64,000 nt of DNA from NCBI GenBank assembly GCA_965199095.1, contig CBDAQM010000004.1, positions 209,031 to 273,030 of the forward strand. The letters run 5' to 3'. The stretch's first letter is position 1. Each line of letters starts with the position of its first letter. A program made the translations under genes and the position numbers. The notes beneath the pieces are model-generated. The model did no database searches, was not told the DNA's origin, and saw nothing but the letters and a program-made list of their open reading frames with translations. Of the stretch, positions 19,004 to 27,175 are shown piece by piece. Source of the stretch: Acetobacteraceae bacterium. GTDB lineage: Bacteria; Pseudomonadota; Alphaproteobacteria; Acetobacterales; Acetobacteraceae.

Positions 19004-20209
19004 TTGCGCGTGGGCATCGTTGGCGGTGGGATCGGCGGCCTCACCTTGGCGGCCGCGTTGCACCAACGCGGCATGGAGGTCGCGGTCTTTGAACGGGCCG
19101 CCGCATTTGGCGAGGTCGGCGCCGGCATCCAGGTGACACCTAACGCCGTAAAGGTGCTGCGTGCCCTGGGCCTGATGACTGCACTGCAGCGCGTAAGCTT
19201 CAAGCCGCAGGCCCTGGTCGGGCGCAATTGGCGTAGCGGCCGCGAGATGTTCCGGACGCCGCTCGCCGGCGAGTGCGAACGGCTCTATGACGCACCGTTC
19301 CTGCACGCGCACCGGGCCGACCTGCATCGCCTCCTGGCGGAAGCCATTCCCACGGACGTGGCCCGGTTCGGCAAGCTGTGCACCGGCATCCGGCAATCCG
19401 TCGGATCCGCCGTCGCCTGCTTCGCGGACGGGGACGAGTACGAGGCGGACGTGATTGTCGGGGCTGACGGCATCCACTCCGCGATCCGATTGGCGCTGTT
19501 CGGCGAGCAGGCGCCGCGCTTCACCGGCCACATGTGCTGGCGCGCCGTCATACCGTTCGATCGTCAGCCGCTGGAGTTCGTCTCGCCCGACAGTTCGTTC
19601 TGGATGGGCCCGCAGGGCCATGTCGTCACCTATTACGTACAGGGCGGACGCGCGGTGAACATCGTCGCCGTGTCGGAAACCGCCGAGTGGGTTGCCGAAT
19701 CATGGAACGCGCCGTCCTCGCGGGGGGAGTTGATGGCCGGCTATGTGGGCTGGAACGAAAAGCTCATTCGCCTGTTCATGCAGGCCGGCACCGTGTTCAA
19801 GTGGGGCCTGTTCGACCGCGACCCGATGCCGGCCTGGTCGGTTGGCCGGGCAACGCTGCTGGGGGACGCCGCACATCCGATGCTGCCCTTCCTGTCACAG
19901 GGCGCAGCCATGGCGATCGAGGACGGCTACGTGCTTGCCGCCGCGTTGGACGCGCATAAGGCGGCGCCTATGAAAGGCCTGGCGCTGTACGAAGCCCTGC
20001 GCCGGCCCCGCACCGCCAGGGTGCAAATGGAATCACGCGAGCGAGGCCGCACCTATCATCTTGCCTCGCCATTGGCCCTGTTGCGGCGCAACGTGGCCTA
20101 TCGCCTCCGCAGCCTGGTCAACCCGCATAAATCCGGCATCCAAGCCAATTGGGTGTATGACTACGACGCGACCGCCGCTGTCCCGTCCCTGGTTGCGCAA
20201 GCAGCCTGA
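19004..20209 (+). CDS. class A FAD-dependent aromatic/heteroaromatic hydroxylase (salicylate-hydroxylase/NicC-like paralogue)
   Basis: TTG start 6 nt after [51 protein letters not shown]. Colinear with nicC at 12502-13662 but clearly diverged. Confidence 0.85.
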   Translation: MRVGIVGGGIGGLTLAAALHQRGMEVAVFERAAAFGEVGAGIQVTPNAVKVLRALGLMTALQRVSFKPQALVGRNWRSGREMFRTPLAGECERLYDAPFLHAHRADLHRLLAEAIPTDVARFGKLCTGIRQSVGSAVACFADGDEYEADVIVGADGIHSAIRLALFGEQAPRFTGHMCWRAVIPFDRQPLEFVSPDSSFWMGPQGHVVTYYVQGGRAVNIVAVSETAEWVAESWNAPSSRGELMAGYVGWNEKLIRLFMQAGTVFKWGLFDRDPMPAWSVGRATLLGDAAHPMLPFLSQGAAMAIEDGYVLAAALDAHKAAPMKGLALYEALRRPRTARVQMESRERGRTYHLASPLALLRRNVAYRLRSLVNPHKSGIQANWVYDYDATAAVPSLVAQAA

Positions 20210-20291
20210 AACCGCCAGGAGTTCGTTGCATGTTCGACAGCCCCATGCCTCCGCTCTGCGTGTCCGACCGCCCGATGGTTGGGCCCGACGC

Positions 20292-21455
20292 ATGACCACA
20301 ACCACGGACGTTGTCGTGATCGGGCTGGGCGCCGTCGGCAGCGCCACGCTGCACCGGCTCGCCCTGCACGGCGTGGACGCCATCGGCATCGACCGGTTCC
20401 ACCCGCCGCACGACCGTGGCTCCACCCATGGCGAGACGCGCATCACCCGGCTGTCGATCGCGGAAGGCCCCGCCTACGTACCGCTGGCCCGCCGGTCCCA
20501 CGCGATCTGGCGCGAGCTGGAGGCAGAGACCGGGGAGACGCTGTTCTCCCAGGTCGGCATGCTGGTGATCGGCGAGGGGGACGGCGCGCCGAGCCACGGG
20601 CAGCCCGGTTTTCTCGGCAGCACGCTGGCTGTCGCCACCGCCCACGACATCGCGCACGAGATGCTGGACAGCGCGGAGATCCGGCGGCGCTTTCCGCAAT
20701 TCCTGGTGCGGGACGAGGAGCGCGGCTTTCTGGAACCCAGCGCGGGCGTGCTGTTCCCGGAACGGTGCGTGGCCCTGCAACTGCGCCTCGCGCAGGAGCG
20801 GGGGGCGGTGGTGCGGACCGGGGAGACCGTCGTGTCGATCACGCCCTCCGGCGCCGGCGTGGCCGTGACGACCGACAAAGGACGCATCGAGGCGGGCCGG
20901 GTGGTGCTGGCGGCCGGCGCTTGGCTGCCGGGCCTGGCCGGCGGCGTGATGCCGCGCGTGACCAGCGTGCAGCGGCAGACGCTGCTGTGGTTCGACCCCG
21001 ACGAGCCGGCGCTGTACGACCCGGCGCGCTGCCCGGTGTTCATCTGGATGCATGGCGCGCTGGAGGAGGATTACCTCTACGGCTTCCCCATGCTGCCCGG
21101 CACGACTGGCGTGAAGGCGGCGAGCGAGCGCTATGCCGGCCATGTCGACCCCGACCGGGTGGATCGCGAGGTGTCCGCGGCGGAGGCGGACGGCATCTAT
21201 CACCGCCACGTCGCCGGACGGCTGCGCGGCATCGGCAACCGCCTGCTCAAGGCCGCGACCTGCCTCTATACCGTTACGCCGGATGCCGGGTTCATCATCG
21301 ACCGGCTCGGCGAGGACGGGCGGGTGCTCGCCGCGTCCTGCTGCTCCGGGCATGGCTTCAAGCATTCCCCGGCCCTCGGCGAAGAACTGGCCCGGCTGGC
21401 AACCGACCCGGCCCGCGCGGCCGAACCGAGCTTCGCCCTCGCGCGCTTCGGGTAG
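20292..21455 (+). CDS. FAD-dependent amine oxidase of the monomeric sarcosine oxidase / N-methyltryptophan oxidase (DAO) family
   Basis: Internal ATG (Met78 of ORF 20061-21455). VVVIGLGAVGSA dinucleotide fold, STHGETRITR, C-terminal CCSGHGFKH motif of the MSOX/MTOX family. Confidence 0.8.
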   Translation: MTTTTDVVVIGLGAVGSATLHRLALHGVDAIGIDRFHPPHDRGSTHGETRITRLSIAEGPAYVPLARRSHAIWRELEAETGETLFSQVGMLVIGEGDGAPSHGQPGFLGSTLAVATAHDIAHEMLDSAEIRRRFPQFLVRDEERGFLEPSAGVLFPERCVALQLRLAQERGAVVRTGETVVSITPSGAGVAVTTDKGRIEAGRVVLAAGAWLPGLAGGVMPRVTSVQRQTLLWFDPDEPALYDPARCPVFIWMHGALEEDYLYGFPMLPGTTGVKAASERYAGHVDPDRVDREVSAAEADGIYHRHVAGRLRGIGNRLLKAATCLYTVTPDAGFIIDRLGEDGRVLAASCCSGHGFKHSPALGEELARLATDPARAAEPSFALARFG

Positions 21456-21465
21456 GACGGGGTCG

Positions 21466-21487
21466 TTTCTCCCTCTCCCGCTGGCGG
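21466..21487. repeat. second copy of the 22-nt post-stop motif (TTTCTCCCTCTCCCGCTGGCGG)
   Basis: 21 of 22 nt identical to 6039-6060. Starts 11 nt after the TAG at 21453-21455. Confidence 0.6.
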
Positions 21488-21539
21488 GCGGCGCCTGAGG
21501 GTGGCTTATACCAACGTGCGTTGGTCTCGACCCTCTGCT

Positions 21540-21602
21540 GGGCTGAAGCCCACCCCGACTTTCACAATGTCTTCAACATGGTAGGGTGGGCTTCAGCCCA
21601 CC
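21540..21602. repeat. REP-like inverted pair, family GGTGGGCT-N2/3-AGCCCACC
   Basis: GGGCTGAAGCCCACCC (21540-21555) and GGGTGGGCTTCAGCCC (21584-21599) are exact reverse complements separated by 28 nt. Each arm is itself palindromic. The same family occurs at 58296-58370. Confidence 0.75.
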
Positions 21603-21631
21603 TCTTCGTGTCAGCGTCTATGCCGGCTGGT

Positions 21632-21733
21632 ATGACTCCCGCCTGACCCGCCATTTAGGGCGTGATCGTTCCGGTTGGCCGCTGCGATGCTCCCTTCTCC
21701 CTCTGGGAGAAGGCTTACCTAGAGGGAGAGGGC
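21632..21733. repeat. REP-like element, family GGGAGAGGG/GGGTGAGGG (degenerate copy with shared left flank)
   Basis: 14-mer ATGACTCCCGCCTG (21632-21645) is identical to 30375-30388. Hairpin CTTCTCCC-TCT-GGGAGAAG (21694-21712), then AGAGGGAGAGGG (21721-21732). Abuts the Lrp stop codon. Confidence 0.6.
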
Positions 21734-22210
21734 CTATTTCCGTGGCCGCGGTGTGGCCTCCGGTAGCGGCAGCGCCGTGGTTGCCTTGACCCGCTCCATG
21801 CTCATCCGGCTGCTGACGTTCTTCGGCGCGACGGCGACGATCAGACGTTTGTAGAACGCGTCATAGGCGCGCAAATCGGCGGTGACGACGCGCAGCATGT
21901 AGTCGACGTCGCCGGCCATGCGGTGCGCCTCCATCACCTCCGGCATGGCGGACACCGCGGCGGCGAAACGCTCCAGCCAGGCGGGCGAGTGGTCGCCGGC
22001 CTCGATGGCGACGAAAGTGGTCAGGCCCAGCCCCACCTGCTCCGGGTTGACCAGGGCCACCCGGCGTTCGATCACGCCCTCCGCCTCCAGCCGTTGGATG
22101 CGCTTCCAGCACGGGGTGGCGGACAGCCCCACCTGCTCGGCGAGCTGGGCGATCGACAGGGTGCAATCCTCCTGCAGCAGGGCCAGCAACGTGCGGTCGG
22201 TGCGGTCCAT
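21734..22210 (-). CDS. Lrp/AsnC-family transcriptional regulator
   Basis: ORF 21734-22210. N-terminal HTH (LDRTDRTLLALLQEDCTLSIAQLAEQVGLSATPCWKRIQRLE) and a C-terminal RAM/AsnC ligand domain. Confidence 0.9.
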   Translation of the reverse strand: MDRTDRTLLALLQEDCTLSIAQLAEQVGLSATPCWKRIQRLEAEGVIERRVALVNPEQVGLGLTTFVAIEAGDHSPAWLERFAAAVSAMPEVMEAHRMAGDVDYMLRVVTADLRAYDAFYKRLIVAVAPKNVSSRMSMERVKATTALPLPEATPRPRK

Positions 22211-22220
22211 CGCCGCCGGC

Positions 22221-22856
22221 TCAGCCCCGCAGGAACGGGTTGGTCGCGCGCTCCGCCCCGATGGAGGAGCCCGGGCCGTGGCCGCACAGGAACACCATGT
22301 CGTCGCCCAACGGCAGCAGCTTGGTCTGGATCGAGGTCATGAGGTCCTGCGTGTTGCAGTATGGGAAATCTGTCCGCCCGACGGAGCCGCGGAACAGCAC
22401 GTCCCCCACCAGGGCGAACCGCGCCGCCGCGTTGACGAAGACCACGTGGCCCGGCGTGTGCCCCGGGCAATGCAGCACGTCGAACGTCGCACCCCCCAGC
22501 TCCACCGTGTCGCCCTCATGCAGCCAGCGGTCCGGCGTGACCGGCCGGGCGTCGGTGATCCCCATGGACTGCCCCTGCGTGGCGAGTCCGTCCAGCAGGA
22601 AGCGGTCGCGCTCGTCCGGCCCCTCGATCGGGACGCCGCCCAGCGCCTGCTTCAACTCGGCCGCGCCGGCGGCATGGTCGATATGGCCGTGCGTCAGCAC
22701 GATCCGCTCCACCGTCACGCCCAACCGCGCGATTTCCGCCAGGATGCGCGGCACCTCGCCGCCCGGGTCGATCACCGCCGCCGTCATGGTGGTCTCGTCC
22801 CACAGGATGGAGCAGTTCTGCTGGAACGCGGTGACGGGCAGGACGGCGATCTTCAT
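22221..22856 (-). CDS. MBL-fold metallo-hydrolase (glyoxalase II-like)
   Basis: Internal ATG (Met23 of ORF 22221-22922). HxHxDH motif (LTHGHIDHAAG), CPGHTPGH and GDVLF..SVGRTDFP. Confidence 0.85.
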   Translation of the reverse strand: MKIAVLPVTAFQQNCSILWDETTMTAAVIDPGGEVPRILAEIARLGVTVERIVLTHGHIDHAAGAAELKQALGGVPIEGPDERDRFLLDGLATQGQSMGITDARPVTPDRWLHEGDTVELGGATFDVLHCPGHTPGHVVFVNAAARFALVGDVLFRGSVGRTDFPYCNTQDLMTSIQTKLLPLGDDMVFLCGHGPGSSIGAERATNPFLRG

Positions 22857-22954
22857 GCGGTTGGCTCCATAGCGACCACGCCATCGTAGCGGAAAACGCC
22901 GATCCGGGGGACCAGCTCTCATCGCTGGTGTTGTGCAGGCTATGACGGCATGGG

Positions 22955-24259
22955 ATGGTGTTGCGACTAACTCGCAATAAGGTGGCCTGCTTGCGCATCT
23001 TGCTTCCCTTGCGGACCCGGTCCGTGGCGCTGCTCTGGGGCGGGTTGTCCCTGTCCGCCCTCGGCGACCAGCTCTACGCGGTGGCGCTGGCGTGGACGGC
23101 GGTGGACGTGTTCGGCGCGGGGGCCGGGTATCTCAACGCGCTGCAAGCCTTCGTGGCGCTCGTGGCCGTGCTGGGGGTCGGCGCCTGGGCCGACCGGCGG
23201 GACCAGCAGCGCAGCATGATCGAGGCTGACCTTGGCCGTGCCTTGATCCTGGCGGCTGTCGTGGTCCTGTGGTCGATCGCCGGCGCGCCGGATGCGGCGG
23301 AGCTCATCGTCGCCATCGTGGTGCTTGCGGTGGGGCAGGCGGTGTTCCGGCCGGCGCTCCAGTTCCTGCTGCCAAGCCTGGTGGTCGACGCACGCCAACT
23401 GCCGGCCGCCAACGCGTTGCTGGACGCCACCGACCGCAGCGCCCGGTTGGTCGGACCGGGCGTGGTGGCGTTGCTGGCCGGCCTGATCCCGATGGTGCAC
23501 TTCTTCACCGTCGATGCCGTGAGCTTCCTTTTGTCGGCTGCCGCCTTGCTGCTGATCCGCCGCTCGCACCGCCAGCCGCCCGTCGCCGGCCCCATAATGC
23601 GGGAGACGACGTGGCGCAGCGTAAGGCGAGGCATGCATGTCATGATGCAACATCCGCTGATCCGCTTCTACTTCCTGGTTGCCCCCTTGATCAGTGGGGT
23701 TTGGTACTCGGCCTTCATCCTGGTTCTGCCGCTGATGCTGGTGGAGTACGGTATCGGCGGGTCCAATGCGGGCGGCCTGAGCGCCTACGGGTTGATCCTG
23801 TCATCATACGGGTGCACGAATCTTGCCTCCACGCTGGTGTTCGGCAGCCGCGCGATGTCGTCGCGGCCGCAATTCCAGATGGTCGTGGGCAACGCGTTCA
23901 CCGGCGCGGGCTTGGTGCTGATGGGGTTCGCGAGCCTGCTTCCCGCCGGGTGGCAACTGCCGGGCTACGCCGCGGCGGCGGCGCTGGGGGCGATCGGCGG
24001 TCCCATGAAGGACATCCCGATCGCGGTGCTGCGGCAAACCCGCCTGGCCGCGGCTGATGTCGGCGCCGGCATGCGGGCCTACATGGCCGTCAGCAGCGCC
24101 GGGACGTTGGTCGCCATGATCGCGGCGCCGACCCTCGTCCATCTCGTCGGCACGGTCGCCCTGATCGTCCTGGGCGGAGTCGTTTACGTCGGCGTGGGTG
24201 TCGCCGGCCTCATGACGCATGCCGATTGGGTCGAGCCTGAGATGGGGCATGCAGCATGA
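22955..24259 (+). CDS. MFS transporter (EntS/MFS_3-like)
   Basis: ORF 22955-24259. About 12 predicted hydrophobic spans. N-terminal LLWGGLSLSALGDQLYAVALAW is typical of this MFS subgroup. Confidence 0.8.
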   Translation: MVLRLTRNKVACLRILLPLRTRSVALLWGGLSLSALGDQLYAVALAWTAVDVFGAGAGYLNALQAFVALVAVLGVGAWADRRDQQRSMIEADLGRALILAAVVVLWSIAGAPDAAELIVAIVVLAVGQAVFRPALQFLLPSLVVDARQLPAANALLDATDRSARLVGPGVVALLAGLIPMVHFFTVDAVSFLLSAAALLLIRRSHRQPPVAGPIMRETTWRSVRRGMHVMMQHPLIRFYFLVAPLISGVWYSAFILVLPLMLVEYGIGGSNAGGLSAYGLILSSYGCTNLASTLVFGSRAMSSRPQFQMVVGNAFTGAGLVLMGFASLLPAGWQLPGYAAAAALGAIGGPMKDIPIAVLRQTRLAAADVGAGMRAYMAVSSAGTLVAMIAAPTLVHLVGTVALIVLGGVVYVGVGVAGLMTHADWVEPEMGHAA

Positions 24260-24271
24260 GGCGGCGTTGGG

Positions 24272-24796
24272 TCAGTCTCGGACGACAGGCAGGTCGCCCG
24301 CGCGGATGGTTCCCAGCTGGCTGCTGAAGCTCAGATCCTGGGCGCCGCCCTGCTGCTGCGATACGCCGGTGATGCGGTGGTCGCCGCTGTCGTAGACCGT
24401 GACGGCGCCCGCTTGCTCCACCGCGACGCGGCGGCGGTCGGGGAAGCAGGCGTAGCGCATGCCATTCTGCGCGCCGCTCGCGGACGCCCGGCCGAGCCCG
24501 GCCGGCCACCATTGGGTTCGATCTTGCGCCGGCATAGGCGCGTCGCCCGCCGAAGGCGGGTTCGCCCCTTGCTTCGCCAGTTCCGTGCACAGGGCGTTGA
24601 CCTTGTCCTTCAGGGACGTGTTGAACATGTCGCCCACCTGGGTCATGCCGCCGGCGGACCACTGCCCCATGCCGCCCAGCTCGGGGTGGCTGAACTGCGC
24701 CTGGCGGCCGCCGCCGCGCTGCAACGCGTCCTGCAGCGCCTGCACCGCAGCCACGCTTACCCCGTGCGACCGGGCCAACCCCTCGATATCGGCCAT
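24272..24796 (-). CDS. hypothetical protein, 174 aa, no family recognised
   Basis: Distal part of ORF 24272-25498, whose upstream part is antisense to hisB. ATG 24796 is in an ATGA overlap with the stop of the small ORF above. G/C-saturated third positions. Distinctive [25 protein letters not shown] and [17 protein letters not shown] strings. No signal peptide or TM segment. Confidence 0.6.
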   Translation of the reverse strand: MADIEGLARSHGVSVAAVQALQDALQRGGGRQAQFSHPELGGMGQWSAGGMTQVGDMFNTSLKDKVNALCTELAKQGANPPSAGDAPMPAQDRTQWWPAGLGRASASGAQNGMRYACFPDRRRVAVEQAGAVTVYDSGDHRITGVSQQQGGAQDLSFSSQLGTIRAGDLPVVRD

Positions 24797-24915
24797 CAGG
24801 AGCGCTCCCCCGCATTGGTCTGCTTTGGCCCTTTGTCCGGCGTACTCGCCGGGGCGGGCGGGCTGCCCGGCAGTTTGGGCGGCTTCGGGTCGCGTGCCTT
24901 GTCCTCGTCGGCCAT
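24796..24915 (-). CDS. small ORF, 39 aa, Pro/Lys-rich ([39 protein letters not shown])
   Basis: ATG 24915 is preceded by AAGGAG with a 7-nt spacer. The stop TGA overlaps the ATG of the 174-aa gene. Third positions are G/C-rich. Divergent from hisB across 97 nt. Confidence 0.45.
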   Translation of the reverse strand: MADEDKARDPKPPKLPGSPPAPASTPDKGPKQTNAGERS

Positions 24916-25012
24916 GCGGTTTCTCCTTTCGTCTGAAAATGAGACGCGCTGGGACGTGCCCGGGTTTCGCCAGGGGCGGGACAAGCGGTCCGAACTGCGC
25001 TATCCAGGCTGC

Positions 25013-25603
25013 ATGCCCCGGTCTGCCGCCCTGTCCCGAGCCACCAGCGAAACCGACATCCAGGTGTCCCTGGACCTGGACGGGACCGGCGCGTCCGAAG
25101 TGTCGACCGGGGTCGGCTTCCTGGACCACATGCTGACGGCGCTCGCCCGCCACGCCCTGTTCGACCTGGCGGTGCGGGCGACCGGCGACCTGCATATCGA
25201 CGACCACCACACGGTGGAGGATGTCGGCATCGTGTTGGGGCAGGCCTTTGCCGAGGCGATCGACGACAAGCGCGGCATCCGCCGCTACGGCCATGCGGTC
25301 GTGCCGATGGACGAGGCGCTGGTCGAGGCCGCAATCGACATTTCCGGCCGCCCGCTGCTGGTCTGGTCCGTCGGCTTCAACGTGCCCACCATCGGAACCA
25401 TGGATACCGAGCTGTTCGAGGAGTTCTTTCGCGCCTTCGCCCACAACGCCTTCGTCACGCTGCATGTCACTGCGCGGGCTGGACGCAACGGCCACCATAT
25501 CGCGGAGGGATGTTTCAAGGCGCTGGCACGTGCGCTCCGCATGGCGGCGGAGCCGGACCCGCGTGCCGCCGGGGTGATCCCGTCGACCAAGGGGGCATTG
25601 TGA
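25013..25603 (+). CDS. hisB: imidazoleglycerol-phosphate dehydratase
   Basis: 196-aa C-terminal part of ORF 24377-25603. [50 protein letters not shown]. Confidence 0.95.
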   Translation: MPRSAALSRATSETDIQVSLDLDGTGASEVSTGVGFLDHMLTALARHALFDLAVRATGDLHIDDHHTVEDVGIVLGQAFAEAIDDKRGIRRYGHAVVPMDEALVEAAIDISGRPLLVWSVGFNVPTIGTMDTELFEEFFRAFAHNAFVTLHVTARAGRNGHHIAEGCFKALARALRMAAEPDPRAAGVIPSTKGAL

Positions 25604-25959
25604 AAACCTTTACCACCCATCTCCACGACAAGAAGCCGTTGGTGCTGGTGCCGGAGGCGTTTTCCTGGGGCGCCCTGTTCTTCGGGCCGATCTGGCTGCT
25701 GCGCCACGGCGCCTGGGTTGCCGCCATCCTGGCGCTGATCGCCTTCGTCCTTGCCTGCACGGTGGTCCCGCCCACGCTCCGACCGCTCGCTGCCTTCGGC
25801 GTGCTGCTGCTGTGTGGCCTGCTGGGCCAGGACCTGCGCCGCTGGCAGTTGCGGCTGCGGCGGTTTCGCTTGGCGCATGTCGTCGCGGCGCGGAACGAGG
25901 ATGAGGCGCTGTTCCGCCTGTTGTCCCATCGGGCGGACCTTGTCTCGGCGGCCGCATGA
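25600..25959 (+). CDS. DUF2628-like small membrane protein
   Basis: GTG 25600 in a GTGA overlap with the hisB stop. Two hydrophobic spans ([19 protein letters not shown]..). A gene of this type between hisB and hisH is common in alphaproteobacteria. Confidence 0.7.
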   Translation: MKTFTTHLHDKKPLVLVPEAFSWGALFFGPIWLLRHGAWVAAILALIAFVLACTVVPPTLRPLAAFGVLLLCGLLGQDLRRWQLRLRRFRLAHVVAARNEDEALFRLLSHRADLVSAAA

Positions 25960-26594
25960 TGCAGGTGGCGGTGGTGGATTACGGCAGCGGCAACCTCACC
26001 TCGGCGGCCCGCGCCCTGTCCCGCGCCGCGGCCGATGCCGGGATCGCGGCCGAGGTCACGGTCACGGCGGACCCGGCGGTCGTGGCGGCGGCGGACCGGG
26101 TGGTGCTGCCGGGGCAGGGCGCCTTCGCCGACTGTGCCGCCGGGCTGGCGGCGGCGCCCGGCATGCGGGAGGCGATCGACCGCTCGGCGGAAGCGGGCCG
26201 GCCGTTCCTGGGCATCTGCGTCGGCATGCAGTTGATGGCCGAGCGCGGGCTGGAACACACCGTTACCCCGGGCTTCGGCTGGGTTGCGGGCGACGTGGCG
26301 GAGATGGCGGCCCCGGATCTGCGCCTGCCGCAGATGGGCTGGAACGCGCTGGACTTCGTCCCGGGCAGCCACGCGCTGCTCGACGGGCTGGTGCCGGGGG
26401 ATGACGTGTATTTCGTGCACAGCTACGCCCTTCGCGGCGCCCGCCCCGGCGACGTGCTAGCCACGACGGAGTATGGCGGCCCGGTGCCGGCCATGATCGC
26501 GACCGGCAACCGCGCCGGCACCCAGTTCCATGTGGAGAAAAGCCAGGCGGTCGGCCTGCGCATCCTGGCGAACTTCCTGCAATGGCGGCCATGA
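25956..26594 (+). CDS. hisH: imidazole glycerol phosphate synthase, glutamine amidotransferase subunit
   Basis: ORF 25956-26594. VVDYGSGNL, nucleophile elbow GICVGMQLM, QFHVEKS. Confidence 0.95.
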   Translation: MMQVAVVDYGSGNLTSAARALSRAAADAGIAAEVTVTADPAVVAAADRVVLPGQGAFADCAAGLAAAPGMREAIDRSAEAGRPFLGICVGMQLMAERGLEHTVTPGFGWVAGDVAEMAAPDLRLPQMGWNALDFVPGSHALLDGLVPGDDVYFVHSYALRGARPGDVLATTEYGGPVPAMIATGNRAGTQFHVEKSQAVGLRILANFLQWRP

Positions 26595-27154
26595 GCGGGT
26601 CAGAGATGCTGTCCATCGCGCTGGAGCCCGCCTTGGCGGTCGAACGTGCGGAGACGCTCGCCGACGACGACCTCCAGGCGCTGTGCGAGGCCGCCGACGC
26701 CGCCATCATCGACGGCGGCGGCTTCGGCTGGATCGCGCCGCCCGGCCGCAGCGCGCTGGAAAGCTATTTCCGCGGCCTGATGCTGGTGCCGGAGCGGCAG
26801 CTCTTCGTCGGCCGCATGGACGGGATCATCGTTGGCAGCGCGCAGCTTGTGCGGCCCCCCCGCAACAACGAGGCGCAGGCCTTCGCCGCCTCGCTGATGC
26901 ACAGTTTCGTGGCGCCCTACGCGCGGGGTCACGGCCTGGCGCGGCTGATCACCCGGCGGGTGGAGGATGCGGCCCGGGCGCTCGGTTTTCAAATGCTGAA
27001 CCTGGACGTGCGGGAGACGCAAACCGCGGCGATCAAGCTGTACGAGGGCTCCGGCTACCAGCGCTGGGGCGAGCATCCGGCCTATGCCCGGGTCGGCGGA
27101 AAGATCATCCGCGGTCTGTTCTACTGCAAGAAGCTGCGCGAGGGACGCTCGTAA
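26591..27154 (+). CDS. GNAT-family N-acetyltransferase
   Basis: ORF 26582-27154. ATG 26591 forms an ATGA overlap with the hisH stop (ATG 26582 is an alternative). Acetyl-CoA loop ARGHGLARLI and the C-terminal KLYEGSGYQRWG motif. Confidence 0.8.
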   Translation: MSGSEMLSIALEPALAVERAETLADDDLQALCEAADAAIIDGGGFGWIAPPGRSALESYFRGLMLVPERQLFVGRMDGIIVGSAQLVRPPRNNEAQAFAASLMHSFVAPYARGHGLARLITRRVEDAARALGFQMLNLDVRETQTAAIKLYEGSGYQRWGEHPAYARVGGKIIRGLFYCKKLREGRS

Positions 27155-27175
27155 CCTGAGACGGGAAGAGCCCTG

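Noticed and set aside
17189-19621. An 810-aa minus-strand ORF spanning the end of nicB, the NtaA-like gene and part of the FAD hydroxylase gene.
   Set aside because: It runs antisense to three genes with strong family signatures. Its translation is Arg/Ala/Gly/Pro/His-rich with no motif. Long stop-free antisense frames are expected at this GC content.
21456-21733. A possible CRISPR array or small RNA gene in the repeat-dense 278-nt gap, and likewise at 28361-28439, 30379-30515 and 62994-63127.
   Set aside because: The repeats are palindromic and of several different types. They are not regularly spaced, have no unique spacers of constant length, and no cas genes are present. They fit REP/BIME-like elements instead.
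24797-25498. The upstream 234 codons of ORF 24272-25498, and the N-terminal 212 codons of ORF 24377-25603.
   Set aside because: The former is antisense to hisB and the divergent promoter gap. The latter is antisense to the 174-aa gene. Only the distal parts (24272-24796 and 25013-25603) have coherent protein-like sequence, start signals and coupling.
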